Shown here: positions 13,363 to 25,924 of the stretch, piece by piece | How positions within the stretch are numbered: position 1 is the stretch's first letter | Layout: every line of letters begins with the position of its first letter | From: Octopus vulgaris | Taxonomy: Eukaryota | Assembly (NCBI GenBank): GCA_951406725.2 | Contig: OX597815.1 | Coordinates: 119,846,001 to 119,910,000 of the forward strand | Direction of reading: 5' to 3' | Length of the DNA stretch: 64,000 bases | Program-made: the position numbers and the translations under genes | Notes under the pieces: generated by a model | Database searches by the model: none | Told to the model about the DNA's origin: nothing | Seen by the model: only the letters and a program-made list of their open reading frames with translations

Positions 13363-14109
13363 TTGCCTCTAGTGGCAAAAAGTACTGTCACTAAAAGAGG
13401 CTCAATGTCCACTCTAATGTGCCAAATCACCAGCATCCAAATCATCTTGTTCTGGTATTAAGAGGAGGTGTATTCTCACTGCTACAAGCAGCAAAGGTGT
13501 TGAATAATTATTGGACTGGAACAACACTTCCCATACATTTGGAAAAGACAATGAGGAACCATTTTAATATATTCTTACTTTAATCACTACCGACATGCAA
13601 TTTATTCAGAGGTAACCTCAACAATGGCTTACACAACATGACAGAATTCTACTTTTGGCAAACAAAGCATTCCAGTATTCCAGCTCATTTTGGTTACATT
13701 TTGGCATCCTCAAATGGAGTAGCTTTTACTGATTAAAATTATTTTCTTGATGATGTCAAAAACCAAAATTAATTACTTCTTGTTTTCATAAGTTAAAGAG
13801 CGATATTGAAAAAGCTAAGATTGAAATTTCTAATTTCATCATGATAATGGGTTTAGCCTAAATATTAATTTTCTCTGCTAATATGTGCATCCATTTTTCC
13901 AGGATAACTTTTATCAATTTAGACACAGGCATGGCTGTATAGGTACAGAGTTCATCTCATAATCACATGCTTTCAGGTTCTATCCCATAGTGTGTCACCA
14001 TGATAAGTATCATCTACTATAATTTCATGCTAGACAATCAATACTTTGTGAAGGAATCGTTAGACTAAAACTGCAGAGAAAGCTGTTTTATGTATGTTCT
14101 CTTCTGTTT

Positions 14110-14385
14110 TTAATTATTTGAATTCTTCCTCTGAGTAAGGAGATGGTTTCTAACAAAGATACAAAATATTATCATTGGAATGTAGATAACAAAAACGAAG
14201 CCACATTTTAAATTTGGAAAAGTTTTTATATTTTTACTGTTCCCCTTACAGATTGTATTTCTAATATGTGAGTTAATTTGGTTGATTTGTTTTTCTGAAA
14301 ATCTTGACTTAGGCATTTACTCACAAAACCAAGTGCCACAATTATTATTGGTATAAATGTGAATTTATAATCTGGATGTAGAAGT
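14110..14385 (-). mobile_element. 3' end of a restriction-like-endonuclease non-LTR element (R4/Dong-like), decayed
   Basis: Minus strand YPDYKFTFIPIIIVALGFV..LEIQSVRGTVKI; related copy at 44350-44600. Confidence 0.55.
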
Positions 14386-14445
14386 TGGGGGTTTCAAAGC
14401 AGTTGTCCATAGTTATCCTCTTTCTCTTTGACTTTTAAAGAGATA

Positions 14446-14536
14446 TTATGTATGTATGTATGTATGTATGTATGTATGTATGTATGTATGTATGTATGTA
14501 TGTATGTATGTATGTATGTATGTATGTATGTATGTA

Positions 14537-14581
<45 letters not shown>

Positions 14582-14880
14582 GCGTGTGTATGTATGTATG
14601 TATGTATGTATGTATGCATGTATGGATGCATGTATGTATTTATGTATGTATATATGTATGCATGCATCCATGTATGGATGCATGTATGTTTGTATGTATG
14701 TGCGTGTATGTATATATGTATGTATGTATGCATGCATGCATATATGTATGTATGTATGTATGTATGCATACATAAGTGCATATATGCATGTGTATATGTA
14801 TGCATGTGTGTATGTATGTATGTTTATATGTATGTTTGTATGAGTGTATGTATGTATGTATGTATTGATGTATGTATGGT
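14446..14880. repeat. (TATG)n/(TG)n compound microsatellite
   Basis: Visible directly; source of the MYVC/HTYI ORFs. Confidence 0.95.
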
Positions 14881-15059
14881 GATGTAAGAGTGGCTAAATG
14901 TGCAGAGCCGACATAATCAGTTTGAAGAGTATGTAAGTTATATATCATCATCATCATCATGATCGTCGTTGTTGTCGTCGCCATCATCATCATTATCATC
15001 GTTGTTGTCATTGTCATCGTCGTCATCATCATCATCATCATACTTGTGTGTGTGTGTGT

Positions 15060-15310
15060 GTGTGTAAATGTTATTGTCTTGTTGCCTTGACATTGTGTGA
15101 TAGTTGTTCATGTGTGTGACTGACATGCAAACAGTGTCTTTGTTTCTAATATTCCTTGAAAACATATCTGGTCATGGGCAAATATTACCTTACTTGGAAA
15201 CAAGAAGATTGGTAACAGGAAGGGAATCTGGCCATAGAAAATTTACCTTGACAAATTCCATCTGACCCATGCAAGCATAGAAAAGTGGACATCAAAACGA
15301 TGATGATAGA
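15060..15310 (+). mobile_element. SINE-like element with RTE-type 3' tail (family C)
   Basis: Ends gacccatgcaagcatagaaaagtggacatcaaaacgatgatg, like the RTE 3' end; similar copies at 18740-18965 (+) and 43100-43300 (-). Confidence 0.6.
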
Positions 15311-15721
15311 AATGATTGTTTTTTGGAAACGTGTTTGGCTATCTTCATCTCTCCTTGTATATATCATGGATTTGCATCATTATACATGGAAATGCATTGA
15401 ACTTATGAATTTCCATAGTCTAATATTTATTACAACTACAACTTCTCATGTTTAAGAGCTGCATCATATTGCCATACATGTGTGTGTATGACCCTCTCCC
15501 TCTATCTCTCTTTTTCACTCTCTCTCTCTCTATATATATATATAAAATTGGTAAGATTGGCCATAATGGATATATAATACTGTACACCTAAATATATATA
15601 CATATGTATTAATGCTTGTTTTTATGTTGTGATAAAAACAATTTTACATTGAACTGAAGTATTAGTCAATATTTGGGGTAGAGTACAAATTTTTATTATT
15701 CTTTAACAAAAATAGCATTTC

Positions 15722-15764
15722 CTGTGACTTTGAAGTTTTCGCCGGTTAAGCCATCATCAGGCAG
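15722..15764 (-). ncRNA. Minimal hammerhead-like motif, decayed
   Basis: Minus strand ctgc-CTGATGA-tggcttaaccggc-GAAA(A)-cttcaaag-TC-acag, with canonical core and GUC cleavage triplet. Confidence 0.5.
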
Positions 15765-15774
15765 TTCAATTTTT

Positions 15775-15804
<30 letters not shown>

Positions 15805-15807
<3 letters not shown>

Positions 15808-17883
15808 TCAAAATCATCGTTTAACGTCCGCTTTCCATGCTAGCATGGGTTGGACGGTTCAACTGGGGTCTGGCAAGCCCGAAGGCTGCACCAGGCCAGT
15901 CAGATCTGGCAGTGTTTCTACAGCTGGATGCCCTTCCTAACGCCAACCACTCTGAGAGTGTAGTGGGTGATTTTATGTGCCACCGACACAGGTGCCAGAC
16001 GAGGCTGGCAGACGGCCATGCTCGGATGGTGTTTTTTATGTGCCACCGACACAGGTGCCAGACGAGGCTGGCTGATGGCCACGCTTGGATGGTGTTTTCT
16101 TATGTGTCACCGACACAGGTGCCAGGCGAGGCTGGCGGACGGCCACGCTCGGATGGTGTTTGTTACGTGCCCTCAGCACGGAGGCCAGTCGTTGTGGTAC
16201 TGGCTACGGTCACGTTCGGATGGTTTTCTTATGTGCCACAAGGATACAAATTCCATTGATGTTCATCTATTTTGATTTGGTTCGATTTGATTTGATTTGA
16301 TTCGATTCGATTCTCACTTGCCTCAACAGGTCTTCACAAGTGTCACAAGAAGGAAGGTATGCACAGGTGGACTGACTACGTCCCAGGTAGGGGCCACGGG
16401 TTATGGCTTCACTAGTCTTGCCGGGTCTTCTCACGCACAGCATACTCCCATAGGTCTCGGTCTCTAGTCATTTCCATGGTGAGACCTAACGTCCGAAGGT
16501 CGTGCTTCACCACCTCGTCCCAGGTTTTCCTGGGTCTACCTCTTCCACGGGTTCCCTCAACTGCTAGGGATTGGCACTTTCTCACACACCTATCTTCATC
16601 CATTCTCGCCACATGACCATACCAGCGCAATCGTCTCTCTTGCACACCACAACTGATGCTTCTTAGGTACAACATTTCTCTCAAGGTGCTAACGCTCTGT
16701 CGAGTAAGTACACTGACATTACACATCCATCGGAGCATACTGGCTTCGTTCCTCACGAGCTTACGCATGTCCTCAGCAGTCACGGCCCATGTTTCACTGC
16801 CATGTAGCATAGCTGTTCATACACATGCATCATACAGTCTGCCTTTTACTCTGAGCGAGAGGCCTTTAGTCACCAGCAGAGGTAAGAGCTCCCTAAACTT
16901 TGCCCAGGCTATTCTTATTCTAGCAGTTACACTTTCAGCGCACCCACCCCCACTACTGACTTGGTCACCTAGATAGCGGAAGCTATCAACTACTTCTAGT
17001 TTTTCCCTCCGGAAAGTGACGGAAGTTGTTTTCTGCAGATTTTCGGAGGTCAATGCTCCAGAGCATCTGCCACATACAAGAACTATCTTCCCAGTTAGCC
17101 TACCTTTGACATTGCTGCACCTCTTATGTGTCCATAGCTTACACTGGGTACATCTTATAGAGTTTCTACCTACACCTTTTCTACAGATCGAGCAGGGCCA
17201 TCTTCCTGAGGATATTTGTGGATTGTCTACCTTTCTACTTATTAGTACTTTGGTTTTAGCTAGGTTGACTCTAAGGCCCCTCGATTCTAAACCCTCCTTC
17301 CACACCTGGAACTTCTCCTCCAGTTCTGATAGTGACTCAGCAATTAGAGCAAGGTCGTCAGCATAGAGGAGCTCCCAGGGGGGTAACCTGTCTTGAATTC
17401 CTCTACAATTGCCTGGAGGACTATGATAAATAGGAGGGGGCTGAGTACTGAACCCTGGAGGACCCCAACCTCTACTTTGAATTCTTCTGTGTACATGTTG
17501 CCAACTCTAACCTTACTTACGGCATCTCTGTACATGGCTTGCACAGCCCTCACCAGCCATTCATCTATCCCTAGTTTTCTCATTGACCACCAGATGAGGG
17601 ATCGGGGGACCCTATCAAAGGTTTTCTCCATGTCAACGAAAGCCAGGTACAGGGGCTTATCTTTGGCTAGGTATTTCTCCTGCAGCTGCCTTACCAGGAA
17701 TATAGCATCAGTGGTGCTTTTCCCTGGGACAAACCCAAACTGCATCTCATCTAAACTAACTCTCTCTCTAATTAGTTGGGCTATGACCCTCTCCGTAACC
17801 TTCATTACCTGATCCAACAGCTTGATACCTCTGTAATTATTTGTATCTAGGGCATCACCTTTACCTTTGTAGCAGTTGACTAT
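15805..17883 (-). mobile_element. 5'-truncated RTE-clade LINE: RT domain, PHD-type Zn finger, C-terminus, tandem-repeat 3' UTR
   Basis: QFGFVPGKSTTDAIF, AFVDMEKTFDRV, GVLQGSVLSPLLF, frameshifted LLYADDLAL, FRYLG, RRLRWYGHVARM, GRGRPRKTW. Confidence 0.95.
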
Positions 17884-17899
17884 GTATATATATATACAT

Positions 17900-18125
17900 A
17901 TACATGGCCATGCTGGAGCACCAGCTTTAATTGAACAAATCGCCCCCAGGACTTATTCTTTGTAAGCCTAGTACTTAATCTGTCAGTCTCTTTTGCCAAA
18001 CCGCTAAGTTACAGGGATGTAAACATACAAACATCGGTTGTCAAGTGATGGTGGGGGGACAAACACAGACACACAAACACACACACCCACACACACACAC
18101 ACATAGATATGACGAGCTTCTTTAT
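17900..18125 (-). mobile_element. SINE family B, 3' half
   Basis: catggccatgctggagcacc..ggacttattctttgtaagcctagtac matches 32183-32865 in reverse. Confidence 0.75.
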
Positions 18126-18500
18126 GTATATATATGTATACGTATATATATATATACTGTAGAAACACTGCCAGATCAGACTGGAGCCTGGTGCAGCCTT
18201 CTGGCTTCCCAGATCCCCGGTTGAACTGTCCAAACCATGCTAGCATGGAGAACGGACGTTAAACGATGATGATGATGATATATGTTCACAGATCCAAGAA
18301 AAATATATATAAAGCAGGAAGAATAGAACTCAATGTATGAATATTGTTTTACATTCATTCTTTTATTTGTTTCAGTCATTTGACTGTGGCCATGCTGCAG
18401 CACTGTATATGTATATATTCTTATTTATATCTAGCAGGAGCAACAGAGTGACTCAAGGTCTGAGAGTTTCAAGTATTGGTACTTATCGAAATATATGTAT

Positions 18501-18535
<35 letters not shown>

Positions 18536-18959
18536 TTAACGTCTGTTTTCCATGCTGGCATGGGTTGGATGGTTTAACCAGATCTGGCAGCTAGGGAGTT
18601 GCACCAGGCTCCAGTCTGTTTTGGCTTGGTTTCTCGAGCTGGATGTCCTTCCTAACGCCAACCACTTTACAAAGTCTGCTGGGTGCTTTTATGTGTGTTA
18701 TGCATGTATTACACATGTGTGTGTGGGTGTGTGTAGAGATTTGTGTGCACCCTTGTCCAGACATCAAGCAATGATTGTAAATGAGCATCGTCATTGATAT
18801 AGTAAGGTTGTTTGTTTCCAGTCTTCTATTTGGCCATGGGAGAATATTTCCTTGCCTGGAAGCATAATGTCAACAACAGAAGACCGTCTGACTGGAAAAA
18901 AAAATCTGCCTCAGCAAACTCCATCTGACTAATGCAAGCATGGAAAAGTAGACATTAAA

Positions 18960-19000
18960 TGATGAGGATGACAATGATGAGGACAACGATGATGATGATA

Positions 19001-19059
<59 letters not shown>

Positions 19060-19161
19060 CGTGATGATGAAGTTTGATGATGGTAATGATGATGATGATG
19101 ATAATGATGACAACGATGATGACGATTATGATGATGATGATGATGATGATTTGATGATGAC

Positions 19162-19232
<71 letters not shown>

Positions 19233-19420
19233 TTTGATGATGATGAAGTTTGATGATGATGATGTTTGATGATGATGACGACGATGATGACAATAACAAC
19301 GATGATGATGATGTTTGATGATGATGACGACGATGATGACAATAACAACGATGATGATGAGGATGATGATGATGTTTGATGATTATGATGATGTTTGATG
19401 ATGATGATGATGATGATGCA
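18960..19420. repeat. Long degenerate (GAT)n array, an expanded RTE/SINE tail
   Basis: Directly follows an RTE-type 3' end at about 18930-18960. Confidence 0.9.
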
Positions 19421-19758
19421 TGCATGCATTGCAATTTCGCTCAAATTGAAGGACATCAGTTTGAAATGTCTTACAGGAATTAAAAAAGTCAACTTTTTTT
19501 TTGCATTTAGTGGTTCAAATTTCTGTTATTTCAAATTGGCCCTTTTTAAATCTTTCTCTGAGGTTGAAGATACAAATATACCAGTAATAAGTTTTGAGCT
19601 ATTCAATCAACTATTTGCCTTCCTTATGAAATGAAAATCGGTCTTCCTAGCAAGCCAAAGAAATCAATAATTCCAACATTGGCCTACTTGTGTTTATTAA
19701 CATCTAACGCTTAGAAATACGGTTCTGTGTTTCACTTCCATACAGTTCATGTTCTTAC

Positions 19759-19931
19759 CATAATTGATGCCTAAATTCACAACACTGCCAATGCAAAGTG
19801 AGATGAAAAATTGAAATTAAGTCTGTTTTCGATATGTACACCATTTCTGAATATCACTTTGTCCTTTCTTTGCCTTCTCTTCCTGTTATCTTCATATTTT
19901 ATTCTGACTTAGTGGCCATAACATTTCTCAG
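19759..19931 (-). other. Candidate exon (UTR or non-coding)
   Basis: Acceptor (ctt)n-cag and donor ATG|gtaaga; stops in all three frames near its start. Confidence 0.3.
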
Positions 19932-20055
19932 CTGAAGAAGAAGAAGAAGAAGAATAAGAATAAGAAGAAGAAGAAGAAGAATGTTGCTGGTGTTCTTATG
20001 ACAAAAGCTATATAGTTTGTTAGTGGCAATAGTACATATATAAACACATATATAA

Positions 20056-20094
<39 letters not shown>

Positions 20095-20099
<5 letters not shown>

Positions 20100-20295
20100 G
20101 TAAATATATATGTGACAATTATTCAGTAGCCATGATAAACTCTGAATTTTGGATGTCGGGGCAGAAACCCATGCCGGCATCTCTTCAGTTATCGAGCCAT
20201 CGAAGAGATGCTGATATGGGTTTCCGCCCTGACATCCGAAACTCAGAGTTTTATCATGGCTACCGAATAATTGTCACATATCATATTTACAGATA
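20095..20295. mobile_element. About 200-nt fold-back of a PLE-type pLTR with hammerhead-like motif
   Basis: Arms 20095-20186 and 20202-20295; consensus of the arms is gataa-CTGAAGA-gatgYcgg..ccgacatcc-GAAA-ctcagag-TT-ttatc. Confidence 0.65.
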
Positions 20296-20489
20296 AATTC
20301 CTCTATTTACATAATATTGAGGTCTCCTTCATTCTTTTGTTGTCTTGCCATTTTTATCAATACATATATATATACATGTATTGCCATTTACATACACACA
20401 CACATATATACATGTATATATACATACATACACACACACATATATATACATGTATGTATATATACATGTATATATATATATTATATAAA

Positions 20490-20930
20490 AAGGCACTATT
20501 CGAGTATGATCGTTACCAGCGTCGCCTTACTGGCACTTATGCCTGTGCCAGTAGGGTGCTAAGAGCACCGTCCGAGTGTGATCATTGCCAGAGCGGCTAA
20601 CTAGTTTCCATGCTGGTGGCATGTAAAAGGCACCATTCGAGCATGATCATTACCAGTGTTGCCTTACCGGTATCTGTGCCGGTGGCATGTGTAAAAAGAT
20701 TCGAGCGAGGTTGTTGCCAGTATCGCCTGACTGACCCCCGTGCTGGTGGCACATAAAAAGCACCCACTACACTCGAGTGGTTGGCGTTAGGAAGGGCATC
20801 CAGCTGTAGAAATTCTGCCAGATCGAGATTGGAGCCTGGTGCAGCCATCTGGTTTGCCACCCCTCAGTCAAAATCGTCCAACCCATGCTAACATGGAAAA
20901 CAGACGTTAAACGATGATGATGATGATGAT
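20490..20930 (+). mobile_element. RTE LINE 3' UTR with internal tandem units and (GAT)n tail
   Basis: Same terminal sequence as the full RTE copies; further remnants at about 18160, 18500, 21290, 25930, 27150, 33500, 36900, 43460, 43930, 45370, 50715, 52550, 57145, 58710. Confidence 0.85.
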
Positions 20931-21414
20931 GATATATATACATATATATATACATATGTACATGTATATATATACATATTGAAACTATTCATAACTTACT
21001 CTGTCAAAGGTTTCAATTTTATTCTTCGAGTTTTGAAATGTAATTCGGAGCCAGTGCCAATGTTGCATTGATTTAATCCCTCAAAATTACATGTTGACAT
21101 TCCTGGGTCTCATAGTATTGCCACGAAAAATTTGATTTGGTTTGGTTGAGCCATTTGAGAATGTATTGGGAACAGAGATATTAAGCATTTTATATATACA
21201 AAGATGAGCAAATATGCACACAGATACATGCACACACATATAACCCCATTGTGTGTATGCATATATCATCATCCTTATCACCATCATTAAATATCCATTT
21301 TCCATATGGGAATGAGCTGGGCAGTGAATGGAACTGGTAAGGCCAGGAGCTGCACCAGGCTCTATTGTCTGGTTTGGTATAATTGACCAGCCTAGTGTGG
21401 ACTGGGTAAAGTGT

Positions 21415-21453
<39 letters not shown>

Positions 21454-21458
21454 AACAC

Positions 21459-21507
<49 letters not shown>

Positions 21508-21680
21508 CACATACATACATGTGTCTATATGAATAGCACCATTTGAGCATGGTTGATGCCAGTGCCGGCTGACTGATCCCATGCCAGTGGCACGTAAAAA
21601 GCACCATTCAAGCATGGTCATTGCCAATGCCGCCTGACTGGCTCCCGTGCCAGTGGCATGTAAAAGGTCAGGTAACTTAC

Positions 21681-21751
21681 TTCCAATCCCATTCATGTGT
21701 GGTGGATACTGATGGATTCCACCACTCTTGTGGCTTTTCAACATCACATGC
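21681..21751 (-). other. Candidate internal exon (71 nt)
   Basis: caatttag|GCATGT..TTGGAA|gtaagt; two open frames (ACDVEKPQEWWNPSVSTTHEWDW or HVMLKSHKSGGIHQYPPHMNGIG). Confidence 0.35.
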
Positions 21752-22058
21752 CTAAATTGAACCAGGGACAAACTGAATTGCCTGTCTATGACTATATACA
21801 AATAGTGTGAAAGCCATTTGCTGGTATGTCACAATGATGTGTATGTAAGGTTAAATTCAAATATGAATTAAAAGCAGTGTTAGTGTTGTAAACATTATTG
21901 ACTGCATATACACTGAATATGTGTGATCAATAATGGTTACTATGCTAGTGTTAATTCATAATTGAATATATAAAAATATATATTATATAAATAATATGTA
22001 CACACACACACACACACACTCACACACACTCACACATACACACACACACACATATATA

Positions 22059-22990
22059 TCTATAATATAAATTGGACATGGGCGATCATTATATTCTTTC
22101 TTGTCTTGAGGTTCACAGCCAAACGGCTTGGTGGATTCATGTGAAAAATGGCACACATATGGAGATGGGTGCATAGATTGGAATGCAGTTTGTATTTTTT
22201 CCCCAGCCCCCATACTTATCGAGAAAATCGATTAAAACCTTTTCTAATGGAATTCCCCTGTTTTTGTCACCATTAAAACAACCAGTTGCTCACACAGCCA
22301 GCATATACCATTTCGCTAGCAACAAGGGGAGTACAGGATGACAGTCAGCCAAAACTTTCGCTATGCTGCCTCTCATCTTTCACCTCTTTGTGGGGTTAAT
22401 AATCTTAATTTTTAGTTACAGTTTCTCATTAAAACTACATAATAGGCAGAATTGTCGGATTAAGGCAGTAGGGAGTTTTGAGGGAAATTTGGCTGCTATT
22501 TCTACCAATTCTACCTACCATGTAGGGGTCTGAACTTAATCTTCATTCACATATTTGCATTTTAAAAATTTAACATAATCTTTTACATAAATCAACTATC
22601 GTAAAAATATGCAGACAAGTCCATTTCATATATCTTCTTTCAATTTTTTCTCTCTGCAAATAAAATTTTTACGGATACAACTGCTAATAAAAATAGCGAT
22701 TAATGTATAATTTCTTTCTATGTTCATAATTAAATCAATGTTTTAATGATTAAACAGAGGTCCAATAGAATAGCTCTCAGAAACAGACTACGTACAAATT
22801 CGTTCTTCACAACTCCTGAAGCTGTTTCTGACAAGGGGTGGGGGAGTCAGGAAATTTTCATACAACTGGAGGCTCCAATCAAAACAGGGGACCCGAAATG
22901 ATAAGGTTGAGAAACGCTATTATAGATTATGCTTGACGATCACAGCCACATCATCCAAACAGACCAGGTGAAACTGGGCTTAGCTGCTAG
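22059..22990 (+). mobile_element. Non-autonomous Helitron, older copy
   Basis: 5' TCTATAATATAAA start; 3' weak hairpin ccaggtgaaactgg then CTAG|T. Confidence 0.6.
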
Positions 22991-23029
22991 TATATATATA
23001 TATATAGATAGATAGATAGATAGACAGAC

Positions 23030-23111
<82 letters not shown>

Positions 23112-23634
23112 AACTTACTTCTATAAGCAATATAGAACCAAAAATTCAATTGTCATTAATTGTGACTGACAGCACAGGGTAGCATCTACATTGCTAAAAA
23201 TAAGAGGTTAAAGACCCTTTTAGTCACAAAGAAACACAAGTCTATGTACTGACAGTGGAGCCAACCACATATACATATCATGGTATCATCGTATAGAGCA
23301 GATTACCAGATGTTGTTATACATTGCTGATCACAATGTGCTGTGCATTGTATTAGCTTTCAAATTATGCAACATGAAATGAAGTATTTTGCTCAAGAACA
23401 CAGTGTGCTGCCCATTCTGGGAATTGAACCCACAACCTGGCAGTCACAAGTGTGATACCCTAAACACTTGGACACACACCAAACACACACATGCATGCTT
23501 ACACTCACATACATGCACATGCACATACACACATGCACACACCACACACACAAACACATACACACACACAAACACACACACACACACAAACTACACAGAC
23601 GCACACTACACTACACACACATACTATACTCACA

Positions 23635-23665
<31 letters not shown>

Positions 23666-23974
23666 TAGCTTTTTTGTTTCTTTGTTTTTATATTTTGTAT
23701 TTTGATTATACTTGTGCTTTGTCTGTCAGTATATCTATGGATTTAGTTTTGTCAGCAAATTGCTAAAACTAGCAGACTGCTTTGGGTATTCATTCTTGTA
23801 TTGAGTGAAATGACAGCCTGGTTTAACAAAGAATTTATTCAAAATAATCATCTGAAGAAACACATTTTACACCTTTGATGGATGATAGTAATTACACAAT
23901 GCATAGGTCTTGACAAAGAACGATGTAATTAACTGTATAACAAAACTTGAATGTGCAAATCTTTGTTCTCTAGA

Positions 23975-24345
23975 TCTTTATTACCTCTGCCTTCACTAAG
24001 GCATTATTTTCACTTGTGTTTGTTTGTTTGTTTGTCCGTGGACAAGATATCTCAAGAGCTGCTGGGTGAATTAGGATGAAAATTTCAAGGATGTGTGGTT
24101 TCATGACTGGCACAAACTGATTAGATTTTGGGATCGATCTGGTACCAGACAAGGATTCTGGATTATTTTTTCTTTATTTTTTTGTTTAACTTTTGAGAGT
24201 GGTTGGGTTTATTTTTAGTATTCTCGTTTGTGAGAGCAGGCGAATTTATTTCAGATAATCTAATTTTAAAAATCCTCTCTGGCTAATCATTGAGAAGATG
24301 TTGGTGTTGCTTTGGTGAAGGTTTGTGCTCTGTGTGTGCTCTTGT
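23975..24345 (+). mobile_element. Helentron-associated (DINE-1/HINE-like) non-autonomous element
   Basis: ttattacctctgcc start, (GTTT)n microsatellite, gatatctcaaga..gatgaaaatttc core, 3' ggtgaaggt subTIR plus small hairpin and T tract. Confidence 0.65.
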
Positions 24346-24399
24346 TAATTTTTATTATTTTTCCTCTACGGAGACTTACAAGGACATTAGGATTTACCA

Positions 24400-24592
24400 A
24401 GTGATGATTAACCTAGTAAATTTTAACTAACTTGAGTTCCATCAACATTCATTGTGGCTAGTTATATACGCCTCCTTGACTCAAGTTAGAGAAGGGGTGC
24501 GTATTATACACAAGGTTTAGGTTTTTCAGAGGTACAGCCCTCTAAAAATCCCCTGCACATTATACTCAAGGGCAAACAATACTCTAGTATTA
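24400..24592. mobile_element. Terminal fragment of a pogo/Tigger-like DNA transposon
   Basis: Repeated gcgtattatac(a/t)caagg subterminal motifs. Confidence 0.45.
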
Positions 24593-25064
24593 TTTTCCTT
24601 GCATGTCCAATTATATAATAATAAAAAGCACTTACAGTATTGTGCACGCGGTTTATGCTGGAGTCCTCATGTGATTTGTGGAAACATATGTAGCAATGTA
24701 TTAAAGGATTCCATCCAAAAGTTCTCATAATTACTATATTCATCCTACGTTTTAGCAGCACCAGACTAATAACTATCCCATAAAATTACCCTAGAAGACA
24801 GGAATAATAAGTGGTAGCCAGAATGAAAAGCACGAGAGCATTTTATGAGTGCACTTAAAAACGTTTCACATAAATGAGCTTAAAGGATGTGTGTGTGCGT
24901 ATAAAATTAATGTAAACAGCAGTTTGCAATGTTTCAGCAAAAAGGAAAACTATAATCATCGCTAAATGCGACTAGGTTGTTAGAAACACCTCCATTGCTA
25001 GAAATAAGAGCTAAAATGCTTTAATGCTGTTGTCAAAGTGCATAACTGTATACATGGACTGTAA

Positions 25065-25239
25065 TTATCTGAAAACAGTGTTTGAGAATTCCTTATACTG
25101 GCAGTCAGTTCTGACAATTTCTGTTGCCTCATCAGAAAGGACTGGCTTCACTTTGGCAAATTCCAGACTTAATTCTCTATCAGTATATATGTTTTCATCA
25201 GAGAAATCTATGGATGATTTAGCGAATCGGCTAATGTGT
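25065..25239 (-). CDS. Candidate terminal coding exon of an unrecognised gene
   Basis: Acceptor attttctgtag|A; 57 codons of ordinary complexity, HISRFAKSSIDFSDENIYTDRELSLEFAKVKPVLSDEATEIVRTDCQYKEFSNTVFR*; no TE motif recognised. Confidence 0.35.
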
Positions 25240-25314
25240 CTACAGAAAATTAATGTAGACAGCAGTTTGCAATGTTTCACCAAAAGGGAAAACTACACAC
25301 ACACACACACATAC

Positions 25315-25616
25315 CAGTGGTGTATCCAAGTTCTAAAGTTAGGGGGAGTGAGCACATATAAAAAATATGCACTGACACAAACCAAGCAATTTTTAACACA
25401 TTTCTTATGCTAAATATTTCATTACTTATAATATACATAATGTATTCTACATTCATTCATTTCATATTTCAGTAACAATGTTGTTATGTATGAAACTTAG
25501 AACTACTGATGCAGATAACTAAAGAGTTAACAGAATTGTTGAAAAGGCACCAATTTTGAGAAATGTGCTTGAGGAGAGTGGTTGCTCCCCTTCCTTCCCT
25601 ATTAGCTATGCCATTG
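25315..25616. mobile_element. hAT-like MITE
   Basis: Termini cagtggtgtatcca / tagctatgccattg; near 8-bp TSD acacatac / atacatac. Confidence 0.55.
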
Positions 25617-25711
25617 ATACATACATACATACATACATACATACATACATACAATGCATACATACATATGCACATCTAAGCAATGACCTTTTGCAACTAC
25701 CACTTTCCTGA

Positions 25712-25779
<68 letters not shown>

Positions 25780-25861
25780 CATCCATCCACCCATCCATTT
25801 ATCTCTCTCTCTCTCTACACACACACATATATATACCACCACCACCACCACCACCACCACC

Positions 25862-25924
<63 letters not shown>

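Noticed and set aside
14428-15041. Many 100-140 aa ORFs (MYVC, HTYI, YIYI, poly-M/D/H types) here and throughout the window
   Set aside because: Translations of stop-free microsatellites, open in several frames and both strands
21887-21908. tgtaaacattattgactgcata resembles vertebrate miR-30
   Set aside because: miR-30 is not expected in molluscs and the 3' arm does not match; treated as coincidence and kept only as an unnamed hairpin
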